A stretch of DNA of 64,000 bases from Octopus sinensis (GCF_006345805.1 NC_043003.1:103106001-103170000); one strand, 5' to 3'; positions 1-13,900 are shown, counted from the stretch's first letter. Notes: generated by a model not told the origin, from the letters alone. Translations and numbers: made by a program.

Positions 1-3000
1 AGCTACCCTTGTAATAACAATAATAATGGTTTCCAATTTTCTCACAAAGCCAGCAATTCTGAGGAAGGGTAAGTCGATCACGGTGATCAACTGTTACTTA
101 TTTTATCTAACTTGAAAGGCTGAAAGGCAAAATCAGCTTCGGTGGAAATCGAACTCAAAGTAAAAACGACAAACACACACACGCACACACAGACTCAAAT
201 ATGGACACATACACACACAGGAATGCATATGAAAGATTTTCTTTCGGCTCTTCAACGCGTTATCGTTATACGATTAACGCATTTATTTTCACAATCCTAT
301 TCATTTTTACTGAATTCGCTGTAGGGTTGCGTATTTTAGGACAGACAAATATGTGATCCGTAGTATGGCCTGTTTCTTCATATTCACAGGTGGTTGGGCC
401 GGTTTTATAGCTCCATCAAACTGTAGCAAGTGTCTATTGTCTCGTCCTCTTTCTCAGGCCATTGGGTGACTTCCACTGGTTTCACGATGCTTCTGAGCCA
501 GTAGGGTGGACTTCAGCAGTGGGGGTTCGTATGTCATTTGGAGAAGTGTCGTTCTCAAGTTTTTCCATCCAGAGCTAGAGTTTGGTTTCTCCCTGAGATA
601 TTGTTAGGAACTGACAGAGCTGAGGAAGTTTCTCCTTGTCATTAGGCCAGGTATTGACGTCTGTGGACATCGATATTCGACAAGTCACTTTCCGTGTGAT
701 ATCAGCGAAGACAATGCCAGCGAAGAAGTGCAGGTTGTTTATGTTGGTGGATTTCGATCAACCAGTGATCAGGCGGCCAGTGTTGTTCAATACTGGGTCA
801 AGTTTCTTGATCCAGACAGAATATAAAGGGATCAAGGTAGAAGTACTCATGCCACGCTTCTTATCACGTAATAGTAGATATTACCTGCAAATTCTACCAA
901 ACGCTTCGAAGCTGAGTTGCAAAATTTGAAGGATGACAAATCTACTAGGAGTTACTTGCAGTATACCTGCAATACTCAAAATATACATAGACCCAGTAAA
1001 GGAATTAAAATTACACACAAACATACTGAGAGCAATCACAGGTACCATATCTGGCCAGCGGAAAACAGTAACATCAAAGGGATACAAACTGTTTCATTTG
1101 TTTGGATTTCCAGTTTCTTTACAATAATCTAGACAAACGGAAACAATTGTTTTTAAAAGGAAATTACTTTCAAACACCCAAATGTATTCACGACAAACGA
1201 TGTTTGAAACAACAAACGTCCTTCCTGTGAAAAAGAAAAAAAAGTAAAGCGAAGGATTAAGATAACTGCTAAAGTGTAGGCTTGTGGAGGGAGCATAGTA
1301 GGAGAAATAAGGAACAAAAGCAAAGACCAGTGTGGTGGAAGGGCTTGGATGCAGTTAGCTGCATTCATGAGCAGAACTTCGTAGTTGCAATAGGAAAGAC
1401 AGAGTAAAACGATGGCGCATCTATGGGATAGAAGTATAAGTCAGTTAAAGAGTGATTCTTTGATAATACGAGAGCTTTTTATTTTGGAAACGGATAGTGA
1501 TAGCAGCAGCAGCAGCAGTAGTAGCAGCAGCACCGTTCCATGTGAGGGAAAAGTATCCCATAATGCACTTGTTCTCCACGTATTTTATGAAATATGGAAT
1601 ATAATAATGATAATCCTTTCTACTATAGGCATTGGTGGGGGAGCTTAGTCGGTTACATTGACCCCAGTGTGTAACTGGTACTTATTTCATCGACCCCGAA
1701 AATATGAAAGACAAAGTTAGGCGAAACGCCACTAAGCATTTTGCCTGGCGTACTAACGATTCTGCTAGCTCGACGCCTTAATAATGACAATGATAATGAA
1801 AATTGTTGTATACAATGCTATGGTGTACTACAACTCATCAGAAAAAAAGGAGCCAAAAATCGCGTAAATAGTACATAGAATATAATAGAATAAGTCCTTA
1901 AAAAAGGTGAGAACATCACTGAAAAAAAGCAACTCTTCAAATATGTCAAAAAGAGTATGGTCAATATATTAAGAATTGGCTTGGCATTTCAGTTCAGTAC
2001 AATTGTCATGTACTATTTCCGGTTTCAATAACATAACGATAAAGCTGCTTTTGTATAACGCTGTCGTTGATCAATTTTAAATCGGTCCTCATTAAGCACA
2101 TTTGAGACAAAGTTATAACCAACCTGTCTATTCCCATATCTAAAACTACACAACGTATCTTACTATTTTTTAAGCAGAATACTGTGCGATTTGAAGGAAA
2201 TTTAACGGTTTTTCTATTAACTGAAGCTATTATGTACCTTATGGTTTGCGTTGTGTCACGGAGTGATGAAGAAGAAAACGTTTCGAACAGGGTTGGCATA
2301 TTCTCCAGACGAAAGTTTAACTTCCTATCGATAGCGATACAAGGGTATCAGTCATTTAGCACCCGTTTTTACGAGCGGATACATGATGGTCTTATTGTAT
2401 TATATTTAATCCTCGTTGGCTCCCGATGTTTAATCCGAAAAGGATTAGATATATTTATATCTTTATCACCCAGTGGAGGATCACAACGAAAAAGTATACA
2501 TTGCTTTCTTGCATGGCGCAGTGGAGCTTTGGCATGGCCTTTTGTGACGCTAGAGATAGTAGCCAGATTACCCAAAAATCATATGCTAAAATCATAACAA
2601 GTAAGAGTGTATTGTATAAGATTGTCATAGATTCACTATTTAGGGGGAAAAACAGATGATCGAATCTGGAACGTCCTTTGACACAGTCTGCTTTATCAAC
2701 ATTATTACCACCACCGCTACAACCAATGCTACCACTATGGTCACCACCTTCACCCTTACTACCAACCCCCGCCACCACCACCACCACCATCACTGTCATC
2801 ATCATCATCATTACCACCGTCGTCATCTTTACAATCATTACCAACAACAGCAACGCTACAAATACAAATCAACGGATGGGAGCCGTTACATAGCCGATTG
2901 GCCTTGAGAAATAGTACCCATCTCTCCCTCAAACAAAACCATCACATTTAAAAGACATAGGAAGCATCAGACAATGTAGTTCTTGATATGCTATGCCTGA

Positions 3001-3649
3001 TTTAAAAAAAAAACGGAATCATTTTGGAGGAAATGATTTTATGATAATTCTACTCAATCAAAGATGACACATGATTAAAGAACAACAAAACGCACCATCA
3101 AGGAGCCAATACATCAACTTATAAAAAAGGACACTCTGGATAAATTTGACGTTGTTACACTATATCTGGAAACTAAAAGATCGAACGTCTTCGACAATAA
3201 GGTTTTATATTTGGTTAAACAAGAACTAGACCTAAAGGGATACCTCTAAGAATTCGCTAGACCTGCTAGAAATATGGATCACATTTATTCACTACACAGC
3301 ATTTCATCAGAAAAGGGAAAAGATATATCTCTACCATAGCACAGTGTTTCTCACTATCACTCTCCCTTTCTCTCCTCCATTCTCTCTTCCTCTCTCTCTC
3401 TCTCTCTTTCTCTATGCATATTTATGTATATATATATATAGTTAATCCAAACATGAAAACACAGAGAAAACACAACAACGTGAGGACGTGGAACAAGTAT
3501 AGTGTTATTGGACGCTACATATATATATATATATACATACATATATTGGACGCTACATATATATACATATATATGTAGCTATTTATCTACCTATGTATGT
3601 ATGAATGTATCTACCTATCTATCAAGCTAGTGATATATCTATTTATCCG

Positions 3650-3727
<78 letters not shown>

Positions 3728-3748
3728 CATCTATCTATCTATCTATCT
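3650..3748. repeat. (TATC)n microsatellite; similar (GATA)n tracts at 17550-17624, 50790-50899, 51863-52043, 53137-53377, 56282-56361
   Basis: Direct reading. Confidence 0.95.
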
Positions 3749-4091
3749 AAGATTTCTACTCAGAACGCTAATGGTGTTTCTGTCAATCATCAATGTACTT
3801 AATTTTCCTACCAGCAAATATGCTGCTAGGCGGAAGTCCTTGACTCCACTCAAACGAATAAATGCAGTTGTAAACATGAAGACATAGCAAACAAGAACAA
3901 CAACAACAACACAGGAATAGCTCGGCGTCAGCACAAGATATTATTGCAATTTATTATCTTCTGTTAGAAGCAGTATATTATGTATTAATATTAAAGTCCA
4001 TGTAGTATTAATATGTGTTACTAATATATAGATATCAATATATCTATAGCTCTCTCTTTCCTTCTCTCTATTAATGTAGATATATATACAG

Positions 4092-4122
<31 letters not shown>

Positions 4123-4307
4123 TGTATGTATGTATGTATGTATGTATGTGTGTGTGTATGTATGTATATATGTATGTATGTATATGAATGTAAGTATATC
4201 TTTACGTTGTGTATCTGTGAATATGTTTGTGCGTATGTATGCATGTGTGTATATATATACACACATATATATATGTGTATATGTATATATGTATGTATAT
4301 ATATATG

Positions 4308-4369
<62 letters not shown>

Positions 4370-7270
4370 ATATATATTATATATATATATATATATAATA
4401 TATATATATTATATATATATAATATATATATATTACCTTCCCTATGATATCAAACGATTCTGCAACACCTCAGATGATTAATGCTGTTTTGTTGGAACAA
4501 AGCCACAATATCCATGGCTCTCTAAATCTTGCTAATTTCAGAAGAAATTATTCTCGGAACTCTTCGGTTTCGATAATATTTCGAGAATATCTCATGTTCG
4601 GAAACAGAAGACTTAAAAGAAAGAATAACGAAGATGCAAAGTAGGGAAGATATAATGTAGGCCTATATGATGGGTCCTTCGTCGGTTTTGACGATGAGCA
4701 ATCATTGTTACAATGAACTAACCTCTCGACTCGTGAAATAAGCATATGTTAACTAGCTGAGTATTTCAAAGATACGGGCAGCGCCCTCAACGTTATTCCC
4801 AAACAGAATCTCCGCGACACAACACGTGAGAAGGATGGACCTTTTAATTACGGGTACAATCCAACCGAAGGTCTTTCACAGAGTTTCTGTCTACCTGGTT
4901 TCAGCCACAAGGCTTGGGTTGACTCACTTCAACAGTAAAATGCTACTCGGTTTAGTTGCCATGGGGTGGAATCGAAACCATGATCTCATGATTGAGTAGC
5001 AAACTTCTTAGCCACTCATCCATGCCTGCTTCTGTTATACCCTATACCTGAAAAAATTATGAGACGGTCACGGTTGGACTACCTTTGAATACAGGTTTGC
5101 TCGATAAGGGCTGATATAGGGTTAAGCAGTAAACAATGAACAAAAAATATGAAATAACAAAAATGCAAACAACGAGAAAACAAGCAGGTAATTATTAAAA
5201 GTTCTTTAAATATATAATTATTCTGAGTTCAAATGACGAAGATAACCCAAAACAAAATAGTATCCAAATTATAAGTTAATTAAAATCTTGAATTCCTGCA
5301 GAATGAATACCGATTAAAAGCTGAACTGAACAACACAAAAGAATATACTATGCTGTGTTATAACGGCATAAATAACAAAATAAAAAAAGAGGGGACTTGC
5401 GTGTGGTCATTGCTGGGCCGGGTTACACTAATTACTAAAATATGATTGGTTAAGTAAAACAATAAGTAACAAGTAATCGTAGTATTAAAGAGAAGTAACT
5501 CAATACATTACATATATGAAAACAACGGTGGATATGGTAAAATAGTTAGGAATAAACCATCTAAGAATGGAAATTTTGAATATATTAGAAAAATTTAGAA
5601 ATAATTGAAACTCCATGGGTGATCTTCCCATTGAGCACTGGCAGAATTCTTCAAGGATGAAAAAAAACATGGGACAATAGTAAGAATTTTTAAAAGACGC
5701 AAACCTGGCCTTGGCAGGGTTAAGGAAAACAGATGTAAACATCAATAATAGTTTTTGAGGAATGTACTTGAAGCAGATTTTATGACAAAAAATATCTGCT
5801 TCAGATATTGTAATCACGAAGGAAAGTGAATACTCCCTCAGACCTAGCTACTTGTCCGGACATAGATAATCCAAGACAAAGAAAAAATCTTGGGAAACAA
5901 ACATACAGAAATAAAGATAGAATATGAAAGAAAATATCTTTCAATACTTGATGACACCAATAAGAGAAGTACATTTTTTATTAAAAAGAGGAAAGGAAAC
6001 AAATATTAGAGAATACAACATAAGGAAAAGTAAGGAAGTAAGCAACATCAATAAATGCTTAAAATAATTGATTCTCGATAAATGGTAAATAATATGACGT
6101 TGTGACACTGATTCTTTGAATAGTCGAAACGGTTCGACTTAAAAGTTAAATATCTTTTAGAATGAAGTTGGTAAAAACTTCTTGATAGAATCAACAACAA
6201 AAGAAGTAAAGGAATTTTAAGGTTTGTTGTGACTGAATTGATTGCCCTGGGTTAGAACGTTGAAAATATCAAATGCAGGACTCGTGGAAGGTAGTAACGA
6301 ACACAAGAGGAAGCAGACCTAAATAATACAGAGAAATAGAAATAAGCAGGAATATTTCTAACTTTCACAAGGAAACTGCCGTACCATTATTCTCTGACAA
6401 ATCGCAGTATGTTGACTCAGAGAATTGATATTTGAATTCCTTGGACTGTGTCTCATGCATAATAGAGATAAGATATTGAAAATTTTTCAGCTTTTCATTA
6501 TACAACAACTTATGACACACGGCAAGTTGAAAGAATTAAGATAATCTTTTCAGTCTTCTGCATCTATCACAGTTTCTTGTTTTTTGACTTACTGTATTTT
6601 GTCAAAGAAGGGCAGTACGGAAAGTTAACAAAGATGTTTACTCTTTCACTGAAAGAGTTAGAAACACCACTGCATAGCTGAAATCAAAAGAAACAGAAAT
6701 TACAACAATTAAACGCAGCATACAAAACCTCAACTGCAATAATATCGCTGATGATAGATTGTTACTATACATATATAGTGAAAAGGTTAGAGGAAAAATT
6801 TCCATGCAATGAATTGTAGCAAACAATATCAAAAGAAGGAAAATACACAGAAATTTAACGTTGGAATGTGTGTGTGTGTGTGTGTGTGCGTGTGTGTGTG
6901 TGTGTGTTTATTTGTAAAATCAAATATTTACATAGTCAACCGGTTTTGTTTATGCTACCCATGACTAAATAGATAGTAATAATGCTATAATGCCATGCAG
7001 TCATAATGCTATATTCCATGTTAGTAGGAGAGCAGTTATATTGTGAACAAAGAAAAAATTAATAATAAATCTCTGAGCGAGATGTAAACAGTAAGCGCTC
7101 GACAACGTAAAGTATACTAGCCATCTCAATATGGCTAACCACTAGGGGTGGGGAGTGTTACTGTAGCTTTTTAGCCCCAGGAGATCATCGTCTCCAGCTG
7201 GCTTTAGACACAATCTTGTGCCCTTTAATGATATTCGCAAAGGGAGGTCATCCCCCCTCGAAAATCTAAG

Positions 7271-7323
7271 TGATACGCATGGACTGCAGTTTCGAGATTA
7301 TTGTCTCTTGTCAACGCTAATCA
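7271..7323 (-). ncRNA. Type I hammerhead ribozyme-like motif, U3/A8 variant core
   Basis: Sense strand reads tgattagcg-TTGACAA-GAGA caataa TCTC-GAAAC-TGCA-GTC-catgcgtatca: 4-bp stem II, palindromic stem III ACTGCAGT, GUC triplet, bulged stem I. Confidence 0.7.
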
Positions 7324-7379
7324 CGGGTTTTCGATAAGAGTGACCTGTTTGCGAATATCTATTTAATGTTTTTCCAGTA

Positions 7380-7600
7380 ACCACTGGAAGAGAGTTGAGC
7401 CCATGTGGCGCAAAGTAGCGAAGAGAGATTAATCCCTGTTGACCCCTGTGCAAGGACAATCCGAACACAGACAGGTGTTGTAAAGAATCAACAGTAGAGC
7501 GGAAATGGCGCGAAACCGGAGTGTCGTTGCCGAGTCTGATGTCTCGGAGGTGTTCTGCGAACCGGTCAGCCAAGTGGCGTCACGTTTGACCGTAAGGACA
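7380..7600 (-). mobile_element. Penelope-like element remnant, C-terminal GIY-YIG endonuclease region
   Basis: Minus-strand translation GQT*RHLADRFAEHLRDIRLGNDTPVSRHF...LQHLSVFGL...PHGLN matches the T.R.L..R..EH / P.GLN end of PLE GIY-YIG domains; an HHR lies about 60 nt downstream. Confidence 0.75.
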
Positions 7601-7702
7601 GAGAGAGCTTAGAATAAAACCTTTTCTGAGTTTATTTTTTAGATGGAATATTTTCGATGGCTATTTTTTCTTGACGATCTGAATGATGAAATAAAGAAAT
7701 AA

Positions 7703-8155
7703 TGCGTGGCAACTTGAGCAAGTGTTTCTTACTATAGCCTCGAGTCAACCAAAGCCTTATGAGGGAATTTGGTTGACGGAAACTGAAAGAAGCCCATCGT
7801 ATGTATTTCCTTTCCTGAGCGTCCAATAACACTATACTTGTTCCATGTCCTCGCGTTGTTGTGTTTTCTCTTTGTGTTTTCATGTTTGGATTAACTATAT
7901 ATATATGTATGTGTGAGTGTGTGTGTGTGTGTGTGTATAAGTGTGTATGTGTATGTGAGTGTGTATATGAGTGTGTGTATGTGTCATTGTGACGCTGTTT
8001 GTCCTCCACCACTGCTTGACAACCGGTGGTGATGTGTATACGTCCCTATAATTTATCGGTTCGGCAAAATAGACCGATAGAATAAGTACCAAAAGGTAAG
8101 TACTTCAACGCGGTGCCCCAGTATAGCCGCAGCCTACTGACTGGACAAGTAAAAA
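7703..8155 (+). mobile_element. SINE family B copy (5'-truncated) with an unrelated ~115-bp repeat insert
   Basis: Matches the family B body (gacggaaactgaaagaagccc...ggttcggcaaaa.agaccgatagaataagtac); the insert at about 7800-7900 is the reverse complement of the repeat at about 3437-3510. Confidence 0.65.
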
Positions 8156-8526
8156 ATAAAATGTATTTATTTTCGGAACGTTCGGAGATAAATTCTAGAT
8201 TTATTTTGTAGTACTTCATAGAATACAAACAACAATGTCTGTATTTGTAATAAATGCTCTTGGAATAACAGCATCACATGTAATGCGTAGCTTTCGGCTA
8301 TTTTGTGTCTCAATAATGAACAGAAATTTGAAGTTGGTGTAAAGTATTATTTGTCCAGACAATATGTCCTGAAGTTTCTTTTAAAATGATATATGATTGT
8401 GGTTGTTATGATATTTAAATCACATACTTCAGTTATGTGAGACTTGTTCAGAAATACGTTGTTTTACAGAAGTTGTAAAATATGAGTGTAAGGTACGAAT
8501 CGTAGTCTTTCATGCGATTAGCAATT

Positions 8527-8850
8527 CAAGAAATTAACTGCATCTAGTTGTGTGGTTAAGAAGATAGCTTTGCTGTTACATGCTTTTGGGTTCAATCCCA
8601 ATGTGCAGCAACTTAGGAGTCTTCCTAAGCAATGGCTTGTGAGTGAATTCTGTTGACGAAAACTATGTGAAAGCCCGTCATGTGTGTGTTTGTATGCGAC
8701 TCCTTCTGACCGACTGACAACTAATGCTGGTTTGTTTTCATCTCCGTTCACCAAAAGCGATCAGTAGAACAAGTACCAAGCTCAAAAAATAAGTACTGGG
8801 CATCGATTTGATCGACTAAAACCTTTGTAGGCGGAGCCCTAACAAGCAAC
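8527..8850 (+). mobile_element. SINE family B copy, diverged
   Basis: tRNA-like head (tagttgtgtggttaag...gggttcaatccca) followed by gacgaaaactatgtgaaagcccgtc and the family B tail. Confidence 0.55.
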
Positions 8851-9393
8851 AGATAAAAGATAAAAATATAAGGTGTAGAAATATGACTATGAAATTCTCC
8901 CGAATTCCAAGAATTGAGTTTTATTCAAATAAAATGGCGGTTTCACACTATGTGTTTTCGAACTTGGAAATTTTATTTTAACATTTCTCACTTAGTATGA
9001 ATAATTAAATGTCTAACGCTGTGTTAAAACCCATCTATCGAGTGTGAAGGTTTCATTGTTAACATTAACGTCATCATCATCATCAACTGGTTGCATTCGT
9101 CGCTTCGTGTTTTCAGTTTGAGTTAACTATTGTGTTCACCACTTAATGACTTAAGGTTTTGTATCATCACGAGTCTGTTGAGTAATGATATAACAAATCT
9201 TTTGCAGGACCAGTGTCCGTGCTAATTTTTATCTGTTCTGTTGGGTGTATAGTTTAAGCACCGAGTTTATATTTTATATTATTTGTCTGAAATTTTGTTA
9301 AAATATTTTAATATTGGTCTTCCAAAGATTTCCTGCTTAAGTTTCCTATCTATCTGTTTGACAAGTGAGTGTGTGTGATAGAGACACACATAC

Positions 9394-9507
<114 letters not shown>

Positions 9508-10597
9508 TGTGCGATGCACAGAAATGATAGCATGATAAACAATGTCATTATGCTGTAACTAGCACAAGTTTTTTTCTGCTGCAACATCGAGATGATCCAA
9601 ACATTTCGAAGAAAATTAGAGAAACTGAAAATTTCTTGAAGCACATATTTCGCCTACTCCTGTAATTCAAAGGGCGTCCATTATCATACACAGTTTTATG
9701 CTAAAGTTGTCTTAAGATTACATCGAGGCAACAACAGCCGGTGGAATAATCAGTCCTAAGCACTATTATCCCTTCTACTCTGGGTACAAGGCTTGAGATT
9801 TTGGGGAGAAGGTAAGTTGATTTCATCGACCCCAGTGCTGAACAAGAACTTATTTCATCGAACACGAAAGGATGAATGGCAAAGTCGACCTCGGCGGAAT
9901 TTCAACTCAAAAGTCACACCATATAATACAACGAGTATTTTCTTTGTTCAAACAACTGGATTTTTCATTCGTCAAAAGTAACACTCTATCCATAGCTATA
10001 TTGTTCAGCATAAGGATAAAAATATGGTTAGGGGATAGGGTGCAATTAGTAATATTTACTGAATTTTTTACTTCGAAAAAAAAAATATATTTTTTACAAA
10101 TGTTCACTGCCTTATATGATCTATATCAGCTAAGAAAATGGCTTCTAAATGCATTAAAACCGCTATAACATTCAAAGCTCTATTTCAGAAAATTATCTTC
10201 GCTTTCTTTGGGCATATAAAGACAAATTTGGCCGGAGGAAAATGAGTAAGACAAATAAATTAAATTTGCCCCTTCAGTACTCCCGAATTACATTTGAGGA
10301 AAGGCTCTTACACATCAATACCCATCTTTAGACATTAGAAAGACAGAAATGCAACAAAAATTTAAAATATCTAGGTCAACGGAAAGATGAAAATGGTACA
10401 TGATATAAAATGAACGAAACTTGGCTAAATCGAAAAACACAACATAAAATATTCTCTGTAGCTTCTTGACGATCTGCTGGAGTGGTTCTCTTCATGAGAT
10501 ATTTACGTTTTTTTTTCCAACGGCTATAATAGATCCTCTCGCGGACGAGGGCATGTCCTGACCTTTCCGCTACTCTTTGGGCTTCATATGAATCCAC

Positions 10598-11455
10598 TGG
10601 TGTGGACAGGAAGATGTCCAAGTACTGTTAGATCATGTGAACTCAAGAAAGCCATCCATACAGTTCACAAAGGAAAAAGGAAAAGACAATCAACTAGCAC
10701 TCCTGGATGTATTGATAACACGCACCAAGTATGGATTCAGGACATCTGTATACTGCAAGCCAACCTTCACTGGACGATACCTCAACTTCAACTCCCACCA
10801 TCTATACAGTGTAAAGAGAGGGATTGCTCAGTGCCTAAAACATCGAGCAAAGAATATAAGTAACGATCCTGATACACAACACGAAGAAATGATCAAGCTA
10901 AGTAACAATCTATTAAGCAACACTTACCCCCAAAACATACTATCCACTCCAATTTATAAAGAGAAGGGAGGATGAAACCCATAAACTGACCACAGTCTGT
11001 CTACTCTATGTGAAAGGCCTCTCCGAAAAGATACGAAATATATACGGCTCATATGACATCAGGACAGAATTCAAGAGTAATACAACACTTCGCAAATATC
11101 TCCTTCGAGTAAAACCACCACTAGAAGAGAATCTGACCCAAAACTGCATGTACTCAATCCCATGCAGCTGTGGTAGGTTATACAAAGGCGAAACATGCTG
11201 CCCCCTCAAAATAAGGGTAGAGGAACATCGCAAAGCTATGACACGAGGAGATATTGATAAATCGGGTATAGCTGATCATGTATGGAAAAATGGAGACCAC
11301 CCCCTGTGGGATGAAGTTAAAATAACAGAGAATACCACTGGAAAATACGAAAACTAAGAGAGGCAGTACATATGCTAGGACATAATAACCTCCTAAGCAG
11401 ACCGAGTGCAGATATGAGTAGAATACGGGAACCGGCATTAAGGAAGGATAGGAAA
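10598..11455 (+). mobile_element. Penelope/Poseidon-like PLE, 5'-truncated RT C-terminus plus GIY-YIG (pseudogenised)
   Basis: ORFs 10637-10975 (IQFTKE...LLDVLI...VYCKPTFTGRYLNFNSHH) and 11010-11357 (MYSIPCSCGRLYKGET...RVEEH) carry the hallmark PLE RT thumb and CCHH/GIY-YIG motifs. Confidence 0.9.
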
Positions 11456-11501
11456 ATATTAGATTAAGAAGGCCTGAAATTCACTCCATAATAGCCTACG
11501 A

Positions 11502-11576
11502 GCATATGGCGTAGTGATTAAGAGCGCGGGCTACTAACCTCAAGATTTTGAGTTCGATTCCAGGCAGTAACCTGAA
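11502..11576 (+). other. tRNA-like segment with Pol III A/B boxes in the PLE 3' region
   Basis: TGGCGTAGTGATTAAG (A box) ... GAGTTCGATTCC (B box), followed by (AAT)n; no clean acceptor stem or CCA, so not called a tRNA gene. Confidence 0.65.
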
Positions 11577-11858
11577 TAATAATAATTTAAGACAAACATA
11601 ACTTTCGTTTTTTTTTAGACATTCACTAGTACAACACTAAATACAAAATCAAATATATGGCACACTAGGAATAACAACAATACGAACTTCCAACCTGTTG
11701 CCTCTTGACGTCTCTGGGCGAGACTCTGGAGCCAACTTGTACAAATATAAAGCAAAAGTCAAACATAGAATAATAATAATAATAATAATAACAACAACAA
11801 CAACAACATCGGAAAAATACCTTAGGAATGAGAACCCGGGTTCGAAATTCCCCCAGGA

Positions 11859-11900
11859 TACCTGATGAAGGCTGGAGAGTACATCAGCCGAAATGTTGTG
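11859..11900 (+). ncRNA. Minimal type I hammerhead ribozyme in the PLE tail (pLTR-like)
   Basis: tac-CTGATGA-A-GGCTG gagagtacat CAGCC-GAAA-TGTT-gtg: 5-bp stem II, GUU triplet (cleavage after 11897), loopless stem III (dimer type), 3-bp stem I. Confidence 0.75.
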
Positions 11901-11974
11901 CTAACAACAAGCAAGATGAGGACAAATATCCGTCAAATGTAAATAATGTACATAATTCCTCATCTCTCAAATAT

Positions 11975-12260
11975 AGAAATGGTATTGTCAGTAGCTTTAT
12001 TTTGGGGTGTTTGATACATTAATATAATTTCTACTGTTTCTGCTACTGGAACATCAATGAAAAGACTTTCTACATCTAGGTTGGAGATGGTATCTATTTC
12101 ATTTCTTTCTTCTGAAATGTTTGGACATTTTTCTGATAACCTTATACTGTATTCATCTGGTATGTATTTTTGATAATCTTATCATTATAACGGTTTTATG
12201 CGTTAGTGTATTTATTTGGGATGTTGTAAGTTGGGCTGTGAAATGAAAGTGATCCCACTG
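11975..12260 (-). mobile_element. Second PLE RT fragment (degenerate)
   Basis: Minus-strand peptide ISNLDVESLFIDVPVAETVEIIL corresponds to the PLE RT motif SLDVESLFTNVPV.ET. Confidence 0.65.
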
Positions 12261-12977
12261 AGCACGAGTTTGTCTCCTGAAGATTGAGCCCGAAGAACTT
12301 CTGACAAAACTAAATTCCTTATCTTTAATTCGGTTTCAATGCCAACTCTTACTTAGGATCAGGCATTTTGAGTTTTGACCAAGAGAGTACCAAAATGAAT
12401 GCAACAGCTGAAATGGACTTTCTCCGAAAGTCGCTGTCGTACAGTTACTTGATAGTGTGTTTAGTTTGGAGATCAGGGAGCTATGGATGTGATAGCTATC
12501 AGCGAGACAAGGATTTCCAGAATGTGCCTTGGTGCGCATTTTTGATGACCTTGAGAACTACGTATCTCTTAACCGACCTAGAGCCAAAGTACTGAATAAC
12601 TATAAATTTCCAGTACTGTACCAATTTTAAAATTGTGATGGGTTGGCAAAATTCCTTATAGCATGAGGCAGAATAGATTCTATTAGTTTAACGTTCTAAG
12701 TTCAAATCGGCCGAGTTTGCTTTTCACCCTTCTACGGTCGCTGAAATAAGGTACCATTATCTGACAAGATATACTTTATTTGGCAGTTTATTCTCGTTTG
12801 ATCCCTTACCTATTCACCACTTTCTGACTTTGTTGAAAAGGATTATTTAGAATATTGTCGTTAAACATCTGCGAAACGTTGTTTTTCATTGTAGAATTAA
12901 CGTTAATACGAATTGTTTTATGATGTCTGCTGCAAGAATGAAATCATCCTCTCCATTCCTCCTTTCTTTCTATATGC

Positions 12978-13022
<45 letters not shown>

Positions 13023-13668
13023 CATGCGTAGAAACACATTTATAATGTATGTATGTACATATATATATTTATATGTATATGAGGTGTAAGCGTGAGAATG
13101 TATATGTATATGTTCGTATGTGTGTGTGTGTGTTGCTATGTGCGTGTAACCACTCATTTAGATTCCCTATTTCAATTACAGAGACTTATCCGTGTTTTTC
13201 TCAAAGTCTGTGTTTAGGTGTAGGTGTGGGTGTCAGTCGCAGGAGGCGAGTGAATGTTTTTGCTTTTCTTTTTGTTATTTTCATGAAAGACAAAATGGCG
13301 CAGAGATATTGCAAGAGGTTCCCAGACATTTCTAGTTATCAATCGAAATAAATTATGTATTTATACTGAATATTTTAGGATGCGTGTTTCTGACTAGACT
13401 AATTCCATTTATTAATTACATTGCTGTCGTTAACAACAACAGCAGCAGCAGCCACAATAACCGCAATAACAACGGCGCTGTAGACAAGGATCATAGAGAT
13501 TCCAATACCAGCTTCGAAATCTGCCTTTTCTCGTATCATTGCCATCATAATTACCAAACACCTCTGCCACTACCACTACCATCACCACAACTTCATCATC
13601 ATCATCTTTATCTTCATCACCACTAACTCCACCATCACTATCACCACCACCGTTACTACGGCAATATC

Positions 13669-13900
13669 TATTTCTTTGCTGCACACAAGGGGCTAAACAC
13701 AGCGGGGACAAACAAGGACAGACAAGCGGATTAAGTCGATTACATCGACCCTAGTGCGTAACTGGTACTTAATTTATCGACCCCGAAAGGATGAAAGGCA
13801 AAGTCGACCTCGGCGGAATTTGAACTCAGAACGTAGCGACAGACGAAATACTGCTGAGCATTTCGCCCGGGGTGCTAACGTTTCTGCCAGCTCGCCGCCT
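13669..13900 (-). mobile_element. tRNA-derived SINE family A (full copy; further copies near 1-160, 1610-1780, 9740-9910, 12660-12760, 15300-15420, 21820-21960, 37380-37590)
   Basis: Sense head AGGCGGCGAGCTGGCAGAAACGTTAG...GAGTTCAAATTCCGCC (A/B boxes); the body gtcgactttgcctttcatcctttcggggtcgat recurs many times in the window. Confidence 0.85.

Noticed and set aside
6742-6792. CTGATGA...hairpin...GAAA
   Set aside because: No stem I or stem III pairing.
5500-6800. Possible ancient transposase-derived A-rich sequence
   Set aside because: No diagnostic motif could be recovered in any frame.
11502-11576. tRNA gene call (also the SINE heads at 13830-13900, 22033-22110, 50360-50434)
   Set aside because: A/B boxes are present but acceptor stems are incomplete and all are attached to repeat bodies, so they are SINE-type heads.
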